DNA of 45,390 nucleotides from an uncultured Bacilli bacterium (GCA_947632265.1 CANROP010000001.1:1-45390); one strand, 5' to 3'. Counted from the stretch's first letter, positions 25,860 to 36,211 are shown. Notes: generated from the letters alone by a model not told the origin. Numbers and translations are program-made.

Positions 25860-27215
25860 TTAACATTTAATTTTATTTGTAGACATCCTAGTTTCTTCAA
25901 TATTACTTTTTATAATTAAAGCAATCAGTATAATATATATTGAAACTGAAGGTGCTGATAAGACATGACCAGCTAGACAAGATATTGAAAGTCCTAAAAC
26001 TAAAATAAGAATGTAATAAACAGTGTCCACTTTTATATGTTTAAAGTTTATAATTATTTTATAAATAAAATATATTAATGGTAAGAAATATATAATAAAT
26101 CCTACTAATCCATAATGTATAAGAACATCTAAGAAGTCGATTTCAATTAATTTTCTATCGAAAGTGTAATCTAAATTCTCCCTATCGCTAAAACCTAAAC
26201 CAAATAGTATATTAGACATTCCACTTTTTTTATAAACATTATAATTTTTTATAAAGAAATCATATCTTCCACTTAATATAGTATTTAAAAAATTTCTTAC
26301 AGTATTATTATCTTCTTTGGTAGTTGAATCTTGAATATTACCTGGATTTATATTTCCGTTAGAACCAGGTTTTTCAGTGATTAAATTATTATCTTCGTTT
26401 ATGTTATTTTCAATTTTTTCAGAATTAGATATCAATCTATTAAAATTTGAAACAGTTGGCGACATTGAACAAGCTATCGCAAGAAAAATTAAAACTAAAA
26501 TAGATAATATTATACATTTTTTACCTTCATCAAATAAAAACTTCATCACAGTTAAAATAACTATTATAATCATGCCAAAATAACTCACTTTTGTACCTAT
26601 AATTGAAATTGATAAAAGGATTGGAAATATAATAAATGATTTCCATCTTTTAGAATTATCTAAAAGAAACAAAATACTTGGGATAAGTAAGATTGCAATT
26701 ACACCTATTTCATTTGCTGCATAAAACCAACCTTTTTCTCCATATATATGCTCTGAACCATAAGAACTAAATCCAGTTCCAGTGAAATATGGAATAAGTA
26801 ACAATAATGTATACGTTATGCAGTTATAAAAAAGTATTTTTTTTATAATCTTACTATCAAATTCAAAATCGTAAGATAAATTAATAAGTCCAACTAACAT
26901 TATAGGAAAATACATATATCTAAATATATTTACTATTTCACTTAAGATTAGATTAATATTCCATATATCTGGTTTTAATATAAAATATACTAATATAAAT
27001 ACTAAAAGCAATAATAAATACGACAGAGATATCTTTTTATATTTAGATTTTGTAAACATAAATAGATACACAATAACAAAAATTACAGTAAAACCTTTTA
27101 CAATCATCCCAAGAGATACTGGAAAATCAGTTAAGTTTGTAAATAATGATGTTATTAAATCTATAAAAGGCAATAATATAAAATATAGATATACAATTTT
27201 TTGTTTAATACTCAT
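25860..27215 (-). CDS. O-antigen polymerase/ligase-like (Wzy-type) membrane protein
   Basis: There are 10 or more hydrophobic helices with a large polar loop. The start is set at MSIKQKI, preceded by GGAGG. Confidence 0.55.
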   Translation of the reverse strand: MSIKQKIVYLYFILLPFIDLITSLFTNLTDFPVSLGMIVKGFTVIFVIVYLFMFTKSKYKKISLSYLLLLLVFILVYFILKPDIWNINLILSEIVNIFRYMYFPIMLVGLINLSYDFEFDSKIIKKILFYNCITYTLLLLIPYFTGTGFSSYGSEHIYGEKGWFYAANEIGVIAILLIPSILFLLDNSKRWKSFIIFPILLSISIIGTKVSYFGMIIIVILTVMKFLFDEGKKCIILSILVLIFLAIACSMSPTVSNFNRLISNSEKIENNINEDNNLITEKPGSNGNINPGNIQDSTTKEDNNTVRNFLNTILSGRYDFFIKNYNVYKKSGMSNILFGLGFSDRENLDYTFDRKLIEIDFLDVLIHYGLVGFIIYFLPLIYFIYKIIINFKHIKVDTVYYILILVLGLSISCLAGHVLSAPSVSIYIILIALIIKSNIEETRMSTNKIKC

Positions 27216-27400
27216 AAATCCTCCATGTGAGATTAAAAATAATGTCATATAAATTATTAATAATACATATTAAATTAATATAATTCTTATTAATTATACA
27301 GTATTTAAAAATAATTAGCAATATATCTGTTGCTTTTTTATTTTTAGTATGTAAAACAAAAATTTTTTAATTACTAAATTATATAAATAAAATTATTAAT

Positions 27401-28462
27401 TTACTTTTTATAATCGTCATTATTTCTTTTTTTATTATCATGTTCAAATAAAATATCTGTTCTAAATACAAATATCATAAGACATGACATAAGTATTCCA
27501 TAAATAACATACCCTATTTTTTTATCTACCAATATCCAAATTATAGATGCTGCTGAAAATAAAAATGTTATAAGATATATTATAAGTACAGCAACACTTA
27601 CACTACAATTTCTTCTAAGTAATTGATGGTGAAAGTGACTTTTATCTGGTGTACCAATGCTTTCACCTTTTATTTTCCTTCTTATTATCGCACATGCTGT
27701 ATCTAATATTGGAACAATTAGTATACAAAAAGGTATTATAATTGATGAAGTTAAAATTGATTTAAAGCCTAAAAGTGTTATTACTGCCATTATAAATCCT
27801 AAGAACATAGAACCTGAATCACCCATAAATATTTTGGCAGGATGAAAATTATGCACTAAAAATCCTAATGTAGATCCAAGCATTATAAATGTTAATACTA
27901 CTGGAAGCCCTATTCTAAATTGAAAAGATGCAATAATGCCTATTGTTAGAAAAAATATTGAACTTATGCCTGCTGCAAGGCCATCTAATCCATCTATTAA
28001 ATTCATACAATTTATACATCCTAAAATAAATATTATTGTTATTGGATAAGCCCATATGTTAAAATCTATATATATCCCAAAGAAACTTACATCTCTTAAA
28101 AGCAGATTACCATAAAACACTACAATTAAAGCTGCCAATAATTGACCTATTAATTTATAGGATGCCTTAAGAGGATTAACGTCATCTATTATTCCAGTAA
28201 TTAACAATACGAAACTTCCTATAAGTATTGAATTCATAACTGGTGTATGCTCTCCAAATATCATATATCCAAGTAAAAATCCCGAATAAATACCAAGTCC
28301 ACCTAATCTAGGCATAGGTTCAGTATGAACTTTTCTTTCATCTGGAATATCAAGTGCGCCAACATGGATTGCGATTTTCTTTACAAAAGGTATTATTAAA
28401 GTTACAAAAACAAAAGGTATAAAAACCATTAAAAGTATCGTCGTAACATTTACATTTTGCAT
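27401..28462 (-). CDS. MraY-family UDP-GlcNAc:undecaprenyl-phosphate GlcNAc-1-phosphate transferase (TagO/WecA type)
   Basis: Motifs DERKVH, MPRLGGL, NLIDGLDGLA and FMGDSGS are present. Confidence 0.85.
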   Translation of the reverse strand: MQNVNVTTILLMVFIPFVFVTLIIPFVKKIAIHVGALDIPDERKVHTEPMPRLGGLGIYSGFLLGYMIFGEHTPVMNSILIGSFVLLITGIIDDVNPLKASYKLIGQLLAALIVVFYGNLLLRDVSFFGIYIDFNIWAYPITIIFILGCINCMNLIDGLDGLAAGISSIFFLTIGIIASFQFRIGLPVVLTFIMLGSTLGFLVHNFHPAKIFMGDSGSMFLGFIMAVITLLGFKSILTSSIIIPFCILIVPILDTACAIIRRKIKGESIGTPDKSHFHHQLLRRNCSVSVAVLIIYLITFLFSAASIIWILVDKKIGYVIYGILMSCLMIFVFRTDILFEHDNKKRNNDDYKK

Positions 28463-28587
28463 TTACACCACCTACTTAATTATATCATATATATCTTAAA
28501 TTGCAAATAAATTATTAATTTTAATGCTATGTTTACACATGGCTTTATTTTTTATTTAAAATACGTTATAATTTATATGGTGATATC

Positions 28588-29082
28588 ATGAGAGAAGATA
28601 AAAATAAAGATATAGAATCTCTATTTTATAATAATAAAAAAGATGATATAGAAGAAATGATCGATGAAGAAAAGATGAAGACAAAAGATTTATCCGATAA
28701 TTTAAAAGATTTAAATAAAAGTGAAGAAAATAAAGATGATACAAATTCTAAAACACAAGTTTTAGAATTTACAAAAAAATTAAAGTTAAATTTTGAAGAA
28801 AACGCTAAAGAAAATGTAAAGATTAAAAAAAATGGTATATCCCCTCTTAATATTATTGGGGAAATTAATTTATTTTGTATAGGATATTATATCTATATAT
28901 TAATTTTTACTGAATTAAACGATAAATTAAATTATGTAGTTAACGGAAGTATTATTGTATTATTAGTATTCTTATTTGGATTATCTACTATTACAAAAAA
29001 TAAATTAAGTAAATTTTTTAGTGTATTAAATTTTATATTTATAATACTTTTTATAACTATAAATATTTATAGTGTAATATAA
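28588..29082 (+). CDS. Hypothetical membrane protein (charged N-terminal half, three C-terminal TM helices)
   Basis: This is the ORF-track call only. It is one of just two supported plus-strand genes. No family was recognised. Confidence 0.35.
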   Translation: MREDKNKDIESLFYNNKKDDIEEMIDEEKMKTKDLSDNLKDLNKSEENKDDTNSKTQVLEFTKKLKLNFEENAKENVKIKKNGISPLNIIGEINLFCIGYYIYILIFTELNDKLNYVVNGSIIVLLVFLFGLSTITKNKLSKFFSVLNFIFIILFITINIYSVI

Positions 29083-29091
29083 AAGAATGAA

Positions 29092-30399
29092 TTAATTTTT
29101 ATTCATCCTTTTATAATCCATATTTATCTTTATAAGTAAGAACAACATAACTATAAAACATACACATCCAAGTACTAAGACTAGTGATAAATACTTATCT
29201 TTTTCACGAGTTAATTTATCTATCATTAAAGTATTATATCTTTGTATAGTATGTTCTTCTTTATCATACATATAAAATGCTTTATTACCTGTATTTAAAT
29301 TCATTCCATATAATATGTAATACATATTATCTTCATCAAATTTATATGCACCTACATCTTCTCCATTTATATTTATTGTAGTTTTAATTAAACCTTCAGG
29401 TATTTCATCTGTATCAAGTAAAAATAATTTATTACTATTAAAATTAAGTTCTTGATATAAAGTATATTTTTCACTATCTAAATCATATATATATAACTTT
29501 ACATCACCTTGTTCACTTTTTAATCCTACTAAAGTATATTTAGATATTTCATTATATAAAGCTGGTACTTCTTCTCCATTTATAGTTACAGTAGTTTCTA
29601 TAAAATTTTCAGGTGCGACTAAATTATTTTTCCTTTTTACTATTGTATATTTATTTCCATCTATCTCTACAATAATTGGATTTTTTTCTTCAACATTTAT
29701 ATTTATTATATATGTTCTAACATTTCCATTTTGAGCAGTTACATTTATCTCTATTTTATTATTTCCTTCTACTAAAGCAATATCCCCTATTCCAGTTATA
29801 CTTGCTGTTTTATCTTCTACAGTTGCAGATATATTAACATTTTCTATAGTACTATCTAAATCTAGAGAATATTCTAAATTATCTTTATTAAATTCTTCAT
29901 TTAATTCATATCCTTCTACCTTTAAACTACTAAGATAGTTATTTTTTGAATAGGATGCCTCTATTTCTGCTTGAGTTCTAAGGCTTATAGTTTTCTTACC
30001 ATTAGTTGTAGTCATAACTGTTTCATCAAATCCATAAACAGTTGATCCATATACATATACACTTGCATTACCACTTTTTAAGGTTTTAAATACGAGTGTA
30101 TAAGTCTTTGATTTTTGACCATTACCTGATGCATATCCAACAGATCTTTGTCCACCTGATTCAGTATTAGATGAAACAAGTCTAAGTAATGATGTATCGT
30201 ATCCAATAGTAAAATCCCAAGATCCTAAACTATCACTTGATGATAGTGTTACTGTTACTGTTATATTGTTACCTACAACAGCTGAATTGTTTGATTTTAC
30301 ACTTATAGTCGCACTTTTAGCACTTACTATACTATTACTAAATATAATAGATAAAAGTATTGTGACTATAAATGATAAATATTTAATACTTTTTTTCAT
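29092..30399 (-). CDS. Cohesin-domain surface protein with a cadherin-like beta-sandwich domain and a C-terminal TM anchor
   Basis: The signal peptide is MKKSIKYLSFIVTILLSIIFSNSIVSA. The cohesin-like segment is ISVKSNNSAVVGNNITVTVTLSSSDSLGSWDFTIGYDTSLLRLVS. The cadherin-like segment is NYLSSLKVEGYELNEEFNKDNLEYSLD...NGNVRTYIINI. The C-terminal helix is LSLVLVLGCVCFIVMLFLLI. Confidence 0.65.
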   Translation of the reverse strand: MKKSIKYLSFIVTILLSIIFSNSIVSAKSATISVKSNNSAVVGNNITVTVTLSSSDSLGSWDFTIGYDTSLLRLVSSNTESGGQRSVGYASGNGQKSKTYTLVFKTLKSGNASVYVYGSTVYGFDETVMTTTNGKKTISLRTQAEIEASYSKNNYLSSLKVEGYELNEEFNKDNLEYSLDLDSTIENVNISATVEDKTASITGIGDIALVEGNNKIEINVTAQNGNVRTYIININVEEKNPIIVEIDGNKYTIVKRKNNLVAPENFIETTVTINGEEVPALYNEISKYTLVGLKSEQGDVKLYIYDLDSEKYTLYQELNFNSNKLFLLDTDEIPEGLIKTTININGEDVGAYKFDEDNMYYILYGMNLNTGNKAFYMYDKEEHTIQRYNTLMIDKLTREKDKYLSLVLVLGCVCFIVMLFLLIKINMDYKRMNKN

Positions 30400-30407
30400 G
30401 TTACCTC

Positions 30408-32483
30408 CTATTGTTCAATATATCCTGCACCTAATATGTGCTTCTGAACTTTAAGTAAATCTAGTGCATTAATAGAACCATCTTTTGATACATCTGCTGC
30501 TTTAAAGGATGCATTTTCTAAATTAGAAACATTAAGTATATGTTTTTGAATCCTAAGTAGATCTAGTGCATTAATAATTCCATCTCCATTAGTATCTCCA
30601 TATATTACTACTGTAAATGATTTTGTTTCTTTCGCACTTGTTATAGCTACTATATCTCCAGTTTTTAACTTACTATCTACATCTATATTATCAATTCCAT
30701 TTATAGTAACTAATGCATTAGCATTTAAAGATTTTACTTTATCAATTAAAACTGATGTTTTAGTATCTAAAGATATTCCACTAAAATAAGTACCATCTGA
30801 TTTTACCCATAATTCATCTACAATTTCATCTACTGTAGGTTCTCCTGTTTCATTATCACTTCTTACTATATTTAAATTATATGTTTTACTACTTCCATTT
30901 TGTGCGGTTACTAATATTGTAAATTTATTTTCGCCAACTACTAAATCAGTATTACCAGTAATATTAACTTTAGCTTTACTATTAACAGGAACAGCCTCAA
31001 TACTTGCGACTTTAACTCCATAATCTACATAAAATGTATAATCTATAGTATCTCCTTTAAAAGCATTAACCAAAGTATCATTTACTTTTAATGATTTTAA
31101 ATAATTATTTGGATTACCTGGATTTGGCATTTTAGTTTCATTTGGCATATTTTCATATACTGGAATTACAAATTCAAATGCTTGATTTAATATTCCAAGT
31201 TTATAATATGCATTATATATTTTAGTTCCCTCTGAACTAGCCCCTCTAATATTTGTCTGATATTGATGTGAGAATAACCCCCATTCTGTTGGATGTACAT
31301 TAAATTTTTTAGAATATATTGTATATTGTCCTTTTTTTACATAATTTGTTCCTATAAATTCTGCTCCACCTATTATAGCTTTTCCTATAGAATCCCATGG
31401 TCTTCCATAACTAGTTTCTTTAAAATTTTCTCCACCCATCGCATATATAACACTATTTTGAGCTGGAGATACATCTGTTCCTGCACCTATATTGTATACA
31501 TTAAAGTATCCACCTTCAATCCATTTACCTCTTAATGATGCATATTTTTTATTTCTAGTATCATACGTAAATCCATTACCATTGGTTGCGACTGTACCGT
31601 TTCCAACTTCTTGGATTGCTAGGGCTGCTAAATATACACTATTTACTCCACTAGTATCAGAAGCTGATACAAAAGAAGAAGCATCTTTACTTAAAAAATT
31701 ATTACCTAAAACAGCATTTACACCTTCTAAAGTATTTAAAAGAGGATTAGATTCAAGTGTTGAAAATTGAAAAATATCTGTAATATTTAAAAAATTTCTA
31801 GGATCCATATAATAACCTACAACATCACTATTTGCTGCATACCATCTAGATCCTTCCATAACCTTAAATATATCAGTTTCATAGTCATAAGAGCCTCCTA
31901 GTGTAGAACGATATCCTTCTTCACTTCCATCTATAAGACTCATTCCTACCGCACTTTCAGCTTCCACTGCCTTATTCCAATCAACATTTGTTTTAACTGC
32001 TCTAAATGTCCAATTAGGATAAACCATTTTTAATTTAGTAAGTCCATCCCAATAACTTTCTGGAAATCCCGCATCTTCTAACTCTTTTTTTATTTCATCT
32101 GTTGTAGCTACAGGTTTTAAATAAGTACTACAATATAAGCCTTCATAAGTATTACCTTTAGATGTAGTGTGTGATACATATACATAATTATCACGACACA
32201 ACTCTTCATTATTAGTTTTAACAGTACCTTTATCTTCTAATACTGTAACAGAATCTCCTGTATCTAAGAAAAATGCTCCACTTACAATAGAATCTAATTT
32301 ACTATCTTTATAAAGACAAAAACCTCTATTAGATGAATTTGGATGAGTAATTGAATATATATCACAAGAAGCATTTGGGCTATTATCTACAACTGCACTA
32401 TAATTAGCTTGTACATTATCTAAAAATAAAAAAGATGATAAAACAAAAACTAATATAGAAAAAATTTTATATTTTGTCCTCAT
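30408..32483 (-). CDS. Secreted N-acetylglucosaminidase-like (GH73-like) peptidoglycan hydrolase with a cadherin-like domain and a C-terminal dockerin
   Basis: A signal peptide is present. The glucosaminidase-like core is VYLAALAIQEVGNG...YFNVYNIGAG. The cadherin-like segment is NYLKSLKVNDTLVNAFKGDTIDYTF...NGSSKTYNLNIV. The duplicated dockerin EF-hand repeats are GDTNGDGIINALDLLRIQKHIL and ADVSKDGSINALDLLKVQKHIL. Confidence 0.65.
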   Translation of the reverse strand: MRTKYKIFSILVFVLSSFLFLDNVQANYSAVVDNSPNASCDIYSITHPNSSNRGFCLYKDSKLDSIVSGAFFLDTGDSVTVLEDKGTVKTNNEELCRDNYVYVSHTTSKGNTYEGLYCSTYLKPVATTDEIKKELEDAGFPESYWDGLTKLKMVYPNWTFRAVKTNVDWNKAVEAESAVGMSLIDGSEEGYRSTLGGSYDYETDIFKVMEGSRWYAANSDVVGYYMDPRNFLNITDIFQFSTLESNPLLNTLEGVNAVLGNNFLSKDASSFVSASDTSGVNSVYLAALAIQEVGNGTVATNGNGFTYDTRNKKYASLRGKWIEGGYFNVYNIGAGTDVSPAQNSVIYAMGGENFKETSYGRPWDSIGKAIIGGAEFIGTNYVKKGQYTIYSKKFNVHPTEWGLFSHQYQTNIRGASSEGTKIYNAYYKLGILNQAFEFVIPVYENMPNETKMPNPGNPNNYLKSLKVNDTLVNAFKGDTIDYTFYVDYGVKVASIEAVPVNSKAKVNITGNTDLVVGENKFTILVTAQNGSSKTYNLNIVRSDNETGEPTVDEIVDELWVKSDGTYFSGISLDTKTSVLIDKVKSLNANALVTINGIDNIDVDSKLKTGDIVAITSAKETKSFTVVIYGDTNGDGIINALDLLRIQKHILNVSNLENASFKAADVSKDGSINALDLLKVQKHILGAGYIEQ

Positions 32484-32558
32484 CTTATCACCCTACCTTG
32501 TATAAATTATAACAAAATTCGACAGATTTGTACAGTGTATAAGAAAATTTCACAAAGT

Positions 32559-33092
32559 TTACATTTTATATATTTTTATACTTTTACTACCATACTTTTT
32601 ATATTTAATTAAATTATAATAAGGAGTATCAACTATTTCACTTTCATATTCACATACAATAATACCATTTTCATTTAATAAATTATATTCTTTTATTTTT
32701 TCTAAACAATCGTTTATAAGATTAAATTTATATGGAGGATCTAAAAATATTATATCAAACTTTACATTTTTATTTTTAAAATCTTGTAAAGCTACTTTAT
32801 AATCACATTTAATTATATTGATGTCTTCTTTAATATTAATAGTATTTTTTTTAATAATATTTATAAGTTCTATATTACTATCTACAAAGTAACAACTTTT
32901 TGCACCATTACTTAATGCCTCTATTCCAAGTGAACCACTTCCTGCAAATAAATCTAATACAGTACTATCTTTTATATAATTTTGAATACTTCCAAATAAT
33001 GATTCTTTTATCCTGTCCATAGTAGGTCTTGTACCATCTATATCAAATCCTATTAAATTTCTACCCTTATATTTACCACTTATAACTCTCAT
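32559..33092 (-). CDS. rsmD: 16S rRNA (guanine966-N2)-methyltransferase
   Basis: RVISGKYKGRNL, TRPTMDRIKESLF, LDLFAGSGSLGIEALS and FLDPPY are present. Confidence 0.85.
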   Translation of the reverse strand: MRVISGKYKGRNLIGFDIDGTRPTMDRIKESLFGSIQNYIKDSTVLDLFAGSGSLGIEALSNGAKSCYFVDSNIELINIIKKNTINIKEDINIIKCDYKVALQDFKNKNVKFDIIFLDPPYKFNLINDCLEKIKEYNLLNENGIIVCEYESEIVDTPYYNLIKYKKYGSKSIKIYKM

Positions 33093-33126
33093 TACATCAC
33101 CAATATAATTTTAACATAGTTTATTA

Positions 33127-33348
33127 TTATTTCAAAGATGAAAAAATCGCACTTAACATTTCAAAAGTAGAGAGTGCTTTATTGATTCTATCTGTTGGAC
33201 GTAATTTATAATTTGTTTTTACTTCTTCTACAAATTCGTTAAATCTATTAGGCTCCCTATTAAGTATTTTATACCAATATGAATTTTCTCTTATATATTT
33301 TATATATATAGGATTACTTTTAAGTTTAAACTGTGTATCTAATGTCAT
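33127..33348 (-). CDS. YlbE-like small protein
   Basis: About 73 aa with the motif YIRENSYWYKILNREP. The position next to rsmD (ylbH) matches the Bacillus ylbD-ylbE-...-ylbH neighbourhood. Confidence 0.5.
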   Translation of the reverse strand: MTLDTQFKLKSNPIYIKYIRENSYWYKILNREPNRFNEFVEEVKTNYKLRPTDRINKALSTFEMLSAIFSSLK

Positions 33349-33728
33349 TAATCCTCAAAATGTTTATATAAAGGTCTTGGTTTATATGTATTTTTTTCTG
33401 TAGTTGTATTATCTTTCTTTGAAAAATCTTGTACTACTCCAAGTACTCTTTGAACATTTCCAATACCTTCTTGAAGACCATCTAAGTCAACATTTTTAAA
33501 CCAATTAACAACTTCACTTAAAGTAAGCCCTGCAATTCCTGTCTTAACTGCGGTAGATTCTATCTTTTCATTTTCTTGTTTTTTTATATAATCATTCCAT
33601 ACTTCGTTATCCTCTCCATATAAATCATACATTTCATAAAATTTTTGCCAACTCATTTCATTGCTTTTTACGTATGATATTAAACTCGGATTTTTTCTAA
33701 CAAATTCTTTAAATTCCTCTTTTTTCAT
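33348..33728 (-). CDS. YlbD-like (putative coat protein) family
   Basis: The N-terminus is EEFKEFVRKNPSLISYVKSNEMSWQKFYEMYDLYGED. It overlaps the ylbE-like gene by 1 nt. Confidence 0.45.
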   Translation of the reverse strand: MKKEEFKEFVRKNPSLISYVKSNEMSWQKFYEMYDLYGEDNEVWNDYIKKQENEKIESTAVKTGIAGLTLSEVVNWFKNVDLDGLQEGIGNVQRVLGVVQDFSKKDNTTTEKNTYKPRPLYKHFED

Positions 33729-33847
33729 ATCATCACCTATACAATTATATGTAATAGAAATAAAGTAAAGAATAAATTTTAGTCTAAATTATAACTTGAT
33801 TATGTTATTTTTAATATATATAAAAAAATTAGTATAAAATATACTAA

Positions 33848-35116
33848 CTATTCTCCAATAGAATATGGATACTCTACTCTAACTATTTTAGTTTTTATAA
33901 ATGTATTTAATTCTTCTATATTACCTTTTTTCTTTACTAATAAGTAATTTCCTGTATGACCTATTATATAACCATCTTTATACATTTCAGGTAAAAATTC
34001 TATTTCCTTACCTACAAATTTATTAAAGTATTCTATCTCTAACTTTTTACTTATATCTATTAATTTTTTTACTCTTTCTTTCTTTGTTACATCATCTACT
34101 TTATTTGGTAGTTCACATGCTTTAGTACCATTTCTAAGAGAAAAAGGAAATACATGTATTTTAGAAAATTTTATTTTTTCTACAGTATCTAATGTTTCAT
34201 TAAATAACTTATCACTTTCTCCATTAAATCCAACTATTATATCTGTAGTTATAGAAATATCAGGTCTAATATTTCTTATCTCTTTTATTTTATTAATAAA
34301 ATATTCTTTATCATATTTTCTATTCATAAGTTTTAACATTTCATCTGAACCAGATTGAAGTGGAATATGCATGTGATCTACTATAATTTTACTAGATGAT
34401 AAAACTTTTAAGAAACTATCATCTAACTCTGTTATTTCTATAGAAGATATCCTAAGTCTTTTAAGACCATCTATTTTTTCTATATCACTAAGTAAATTTG
34501 AAAATGTATAATTATCTAAATCAGCTCCATAATGTCCTGTATGTATTCCAGTTAAAACTATTTCTTTATGACCATCTTCTACTAATTTTTTTATCTCCTG
34601 TAATACAACTTCTCTTTTTTTACTTCTTACTTTACCGCGTGCAAAAGGAATTATACAATAACTACAATAATTTTCACAACCGTCTTCTATTTTTACAAAC
34701 GCTCTAGTTTTATTAAAGTTATTCAAACACATATCTTCAAACTTTTTATCCATTATATCTGTAACATCTATTATTTTCTTTTTTGTTTTTTTGTATTCTT
34801 CTATGTAATCTACTATTTTACTTTTACCACTATTACCAAGTACTATAGATACATCTAAATTTTCTAATAATTCTTTATTTACTTGTGTCATACATCCTAC
34901 TACTACTGTTATATTATTCTTTTTATTTAAAACTTTTCTTACTGTTTTAAGTGACTTATTATCACTCGTATTAGTAACAGTACAAGTATTTATTATGTAT
35001 ATTTGAGAGTCATCCTCATTACCTTCTTTATATCCATTATTTATTAATTTATCTCTCATAACATTGCTTTCGTATGTATTTACTTTGCAACCTAATGTAT
35101 ATATATAAAACTTCAT
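33848..35116 (-). CDS. mtaB: tRNA (t6A37) methylthiotransferase, radical SAM
   Basis: The N-terminal UPF0004 cysteines are TLGCKVN and NTC. The radical-SAM motif is CENYCSYCIIP and a TRAM-like C-terminus is present. The synteny with yqeY and rpsU matches Firmicutes. Confidence 0.85.
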   Translation of the reverse strand: MKFYIYTLGCKVNTYESNVMRDKLINNGYKEGNEDDSQIYIINTCTVTNTSDNKSLKTVRKVLNKKNNITVVVGCMTQVNKELLENLDVSIVLGNSGKSKIVDYIEEYKKTKKKIIDVTDIMDKKFEDMCLNNFNKTRAFVKIEDGCENYCSYCIIPFARGKVRSKKREVVLQEIKKLVEDGHKEIVLTGIHTGHYGADLDNYTFSNLLSDIEKIDGLKRLRISSIEITELDDSFLKVLSSSKIIVDHMHIPLQSGSDEMLKLMNRKYDKEYFINKIKEIRNIRPDISITTDIIVGFNGESDKLFNETLDTVEKIKFSKIHVFPFSLRNGTKACELPNKVDDVTKKERVKKLIDISKKLEIEYFNKFVGKEIEFLPEMYKDGYIIGHTGNYLLVKKKGNIEELNTFIKTKIVRVEYPYSIGE

Positions 35117-35152
35117 AAAATCACATCCAATTTAAAAAAGATTAATAGTCTT

Positions 35153-35596
35153 TTATAGATTACTTAATCTTTCTTTTATAGTTTTACTTACAAATCCCAT
35201 ATCTGCTTTACCTTTTAGTTTAGGTGTTACATATCCCATTAATTTACCCATATCAGATTGATTAGTTGGATTTACAGTACTAAAAGCTTCATCGATAACT
35301 TTTAATACATCATCTATACTTAACTGTTCTGGCATATATCTATTTAAAATTTCAATTTCTTTATTTGTTTGTTCGATTAAGTCAGTTCTACCTGCTTTTT
35401 CAAAATCTAAAATAGATTCTTTTCTAGTTTTAATTTGTTTACTTAAAACTCCAATAACATCCTCATCATTAAGTTCACTTTTTTTATTTATTTCTTCTAG
35501 TTGCATTGCTCCCTTAACCATTCTAAGTACACTTAATGTTTCTTTATCTTGACTTTTCATAGCCGTAATTAAATCATTTAATATTTTCTCTCTCAT
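35153..35596 (-). CDS. GatB/YqeY domain protein
   Basis: LNDLITAMKSQDK...LSVLRMVKGA...EIEILNRYMPEQLS, about 147 aa, adjacent to rpsU. Confidence 0.85.
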   Translation of the reverse strand: MREKILNDLITAMKSQDKETLSVLRMVKGAMQLEEINKKSELNDEDVIGVLSKQIKTRKESILDFEKAGRTDLIEQTNKEIEILNRYMPEQLSIDDVLKVIDEAFSTVNPTNQSDMGKLMGYVTPKLKGKADMGFVSKTIKERLSNL

Positions 35597-35631
35597 ATTC
35601 TCCCTCTTAAAAATTAAAGAGCTTTATAGCT

Positions 35632-35826
35632 CTAATAATTATTTCTTTCTCTTCTTCTAGTATTTTTGATACCTTCGTCTTTTTTCTCTCTTCTTCTAAC
35701 TCCTGGTTTTTTGTAACCCTCTTGTCTTTCTCTAACTTTTTTTAGGAGGCCGTCTCTTGCATTCTTTTGTTTCATTGTACGTAGTGCGCCATCAACATTA
35801 CCATTTCTTACTATTACCTTTGACAT
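35632..35826 (-). CDS. rpsU: 30S ribosomal protein S21
   Basis: Translation is MSKVIVRNGNVDGALRTMKQKNARDGLLKKVRERQEGYKKPGVRRREKK. The start is at ATG 35824-35826 with the RBS AAAGGAGGG; the track start at 35844 is too long. Confidence 0.9.
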   Translation of the reverse strand: MSKVIVRNGNVDGALRTMKQKNARDGLLKKVRERQEGYKKPGVRRREKKDEGIKNTRRRERNNY

Positions 35827-35856
35827 AAAATTCCCTCCTTTCACAAATCTAACTGT

Positions 35857-35885
35857 ATTATAACACCTTATTTTAAAATATACAA
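35857..35885 (-). promoter_or_regulatory. Sigma-A promoter with extended -10 for rpsU
   Basis: On the minus strand TTGTAT (35880-35885), a 17-nt spacer ending in TGT, then TATAAT (35857-35862). Confidence 0.6.
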
Positions 35886-35949
35886 GAAAAACTTACATTT
35901 TTTGCTCTTTCTTATGAATAATTAGTAAAAGTTATAATTTTAATATATG

Positions 35950-35987
35950 AAAAAATCAATAATTAAAATTTTGTTTTAATTATTGAT
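35950..35987 (-). terminator. Rho-independent terminator of the bacteriocin operon
   Basis: A 14-bp stem (35955-35968 with 35974-35987), followed on the minus strand by TTTTT. Confidence 0.6.
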
Positions 35988-36032
35988 AATTCTTTAGAAT
36001 AAGCATTTTTATTATATTTTATAACTTAAATG

Positions 36033-36209
36033 TTATTTTGATGCTTCACAATATCTTCCAGTTGTTGATCTTATTATTGAAGTGCCTAAACTTCTACCTA
36101 ACTCTAATATAGTAGAAATAATCCTAGATGCTGCATTTAAGAAAGATGCGGTTAAAAGTGATGCTCCACCATTTACATTTAGTAATTCTTCTTTATTTAA
36201 TTCTTTCAT
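36033..36209 (-). CDS. Double-glycine-leader bacteriocin-like peptide B (58 aa precursor)
   Basis: My manual translation gives MKELNKEELLNVNGG, the cleavage site, then ASLLTASFLNAASRIISTILELGRSLGTSIIRSTTGRYCEASK. The leader fits the pattern LSxxELxxIxGG. The mature peptide has a GxxxG motif (GRSLG). The gene lies directly downstream of the C39-ABC exporter. Confidence 0.7.
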   Translation of the reverse strand: MKELNKEELLNVNGGASLLTASFLNAASRIISTILELGRSLGTSIIRSTTGRYCEASK

Positions 36210-36211
36210 GC

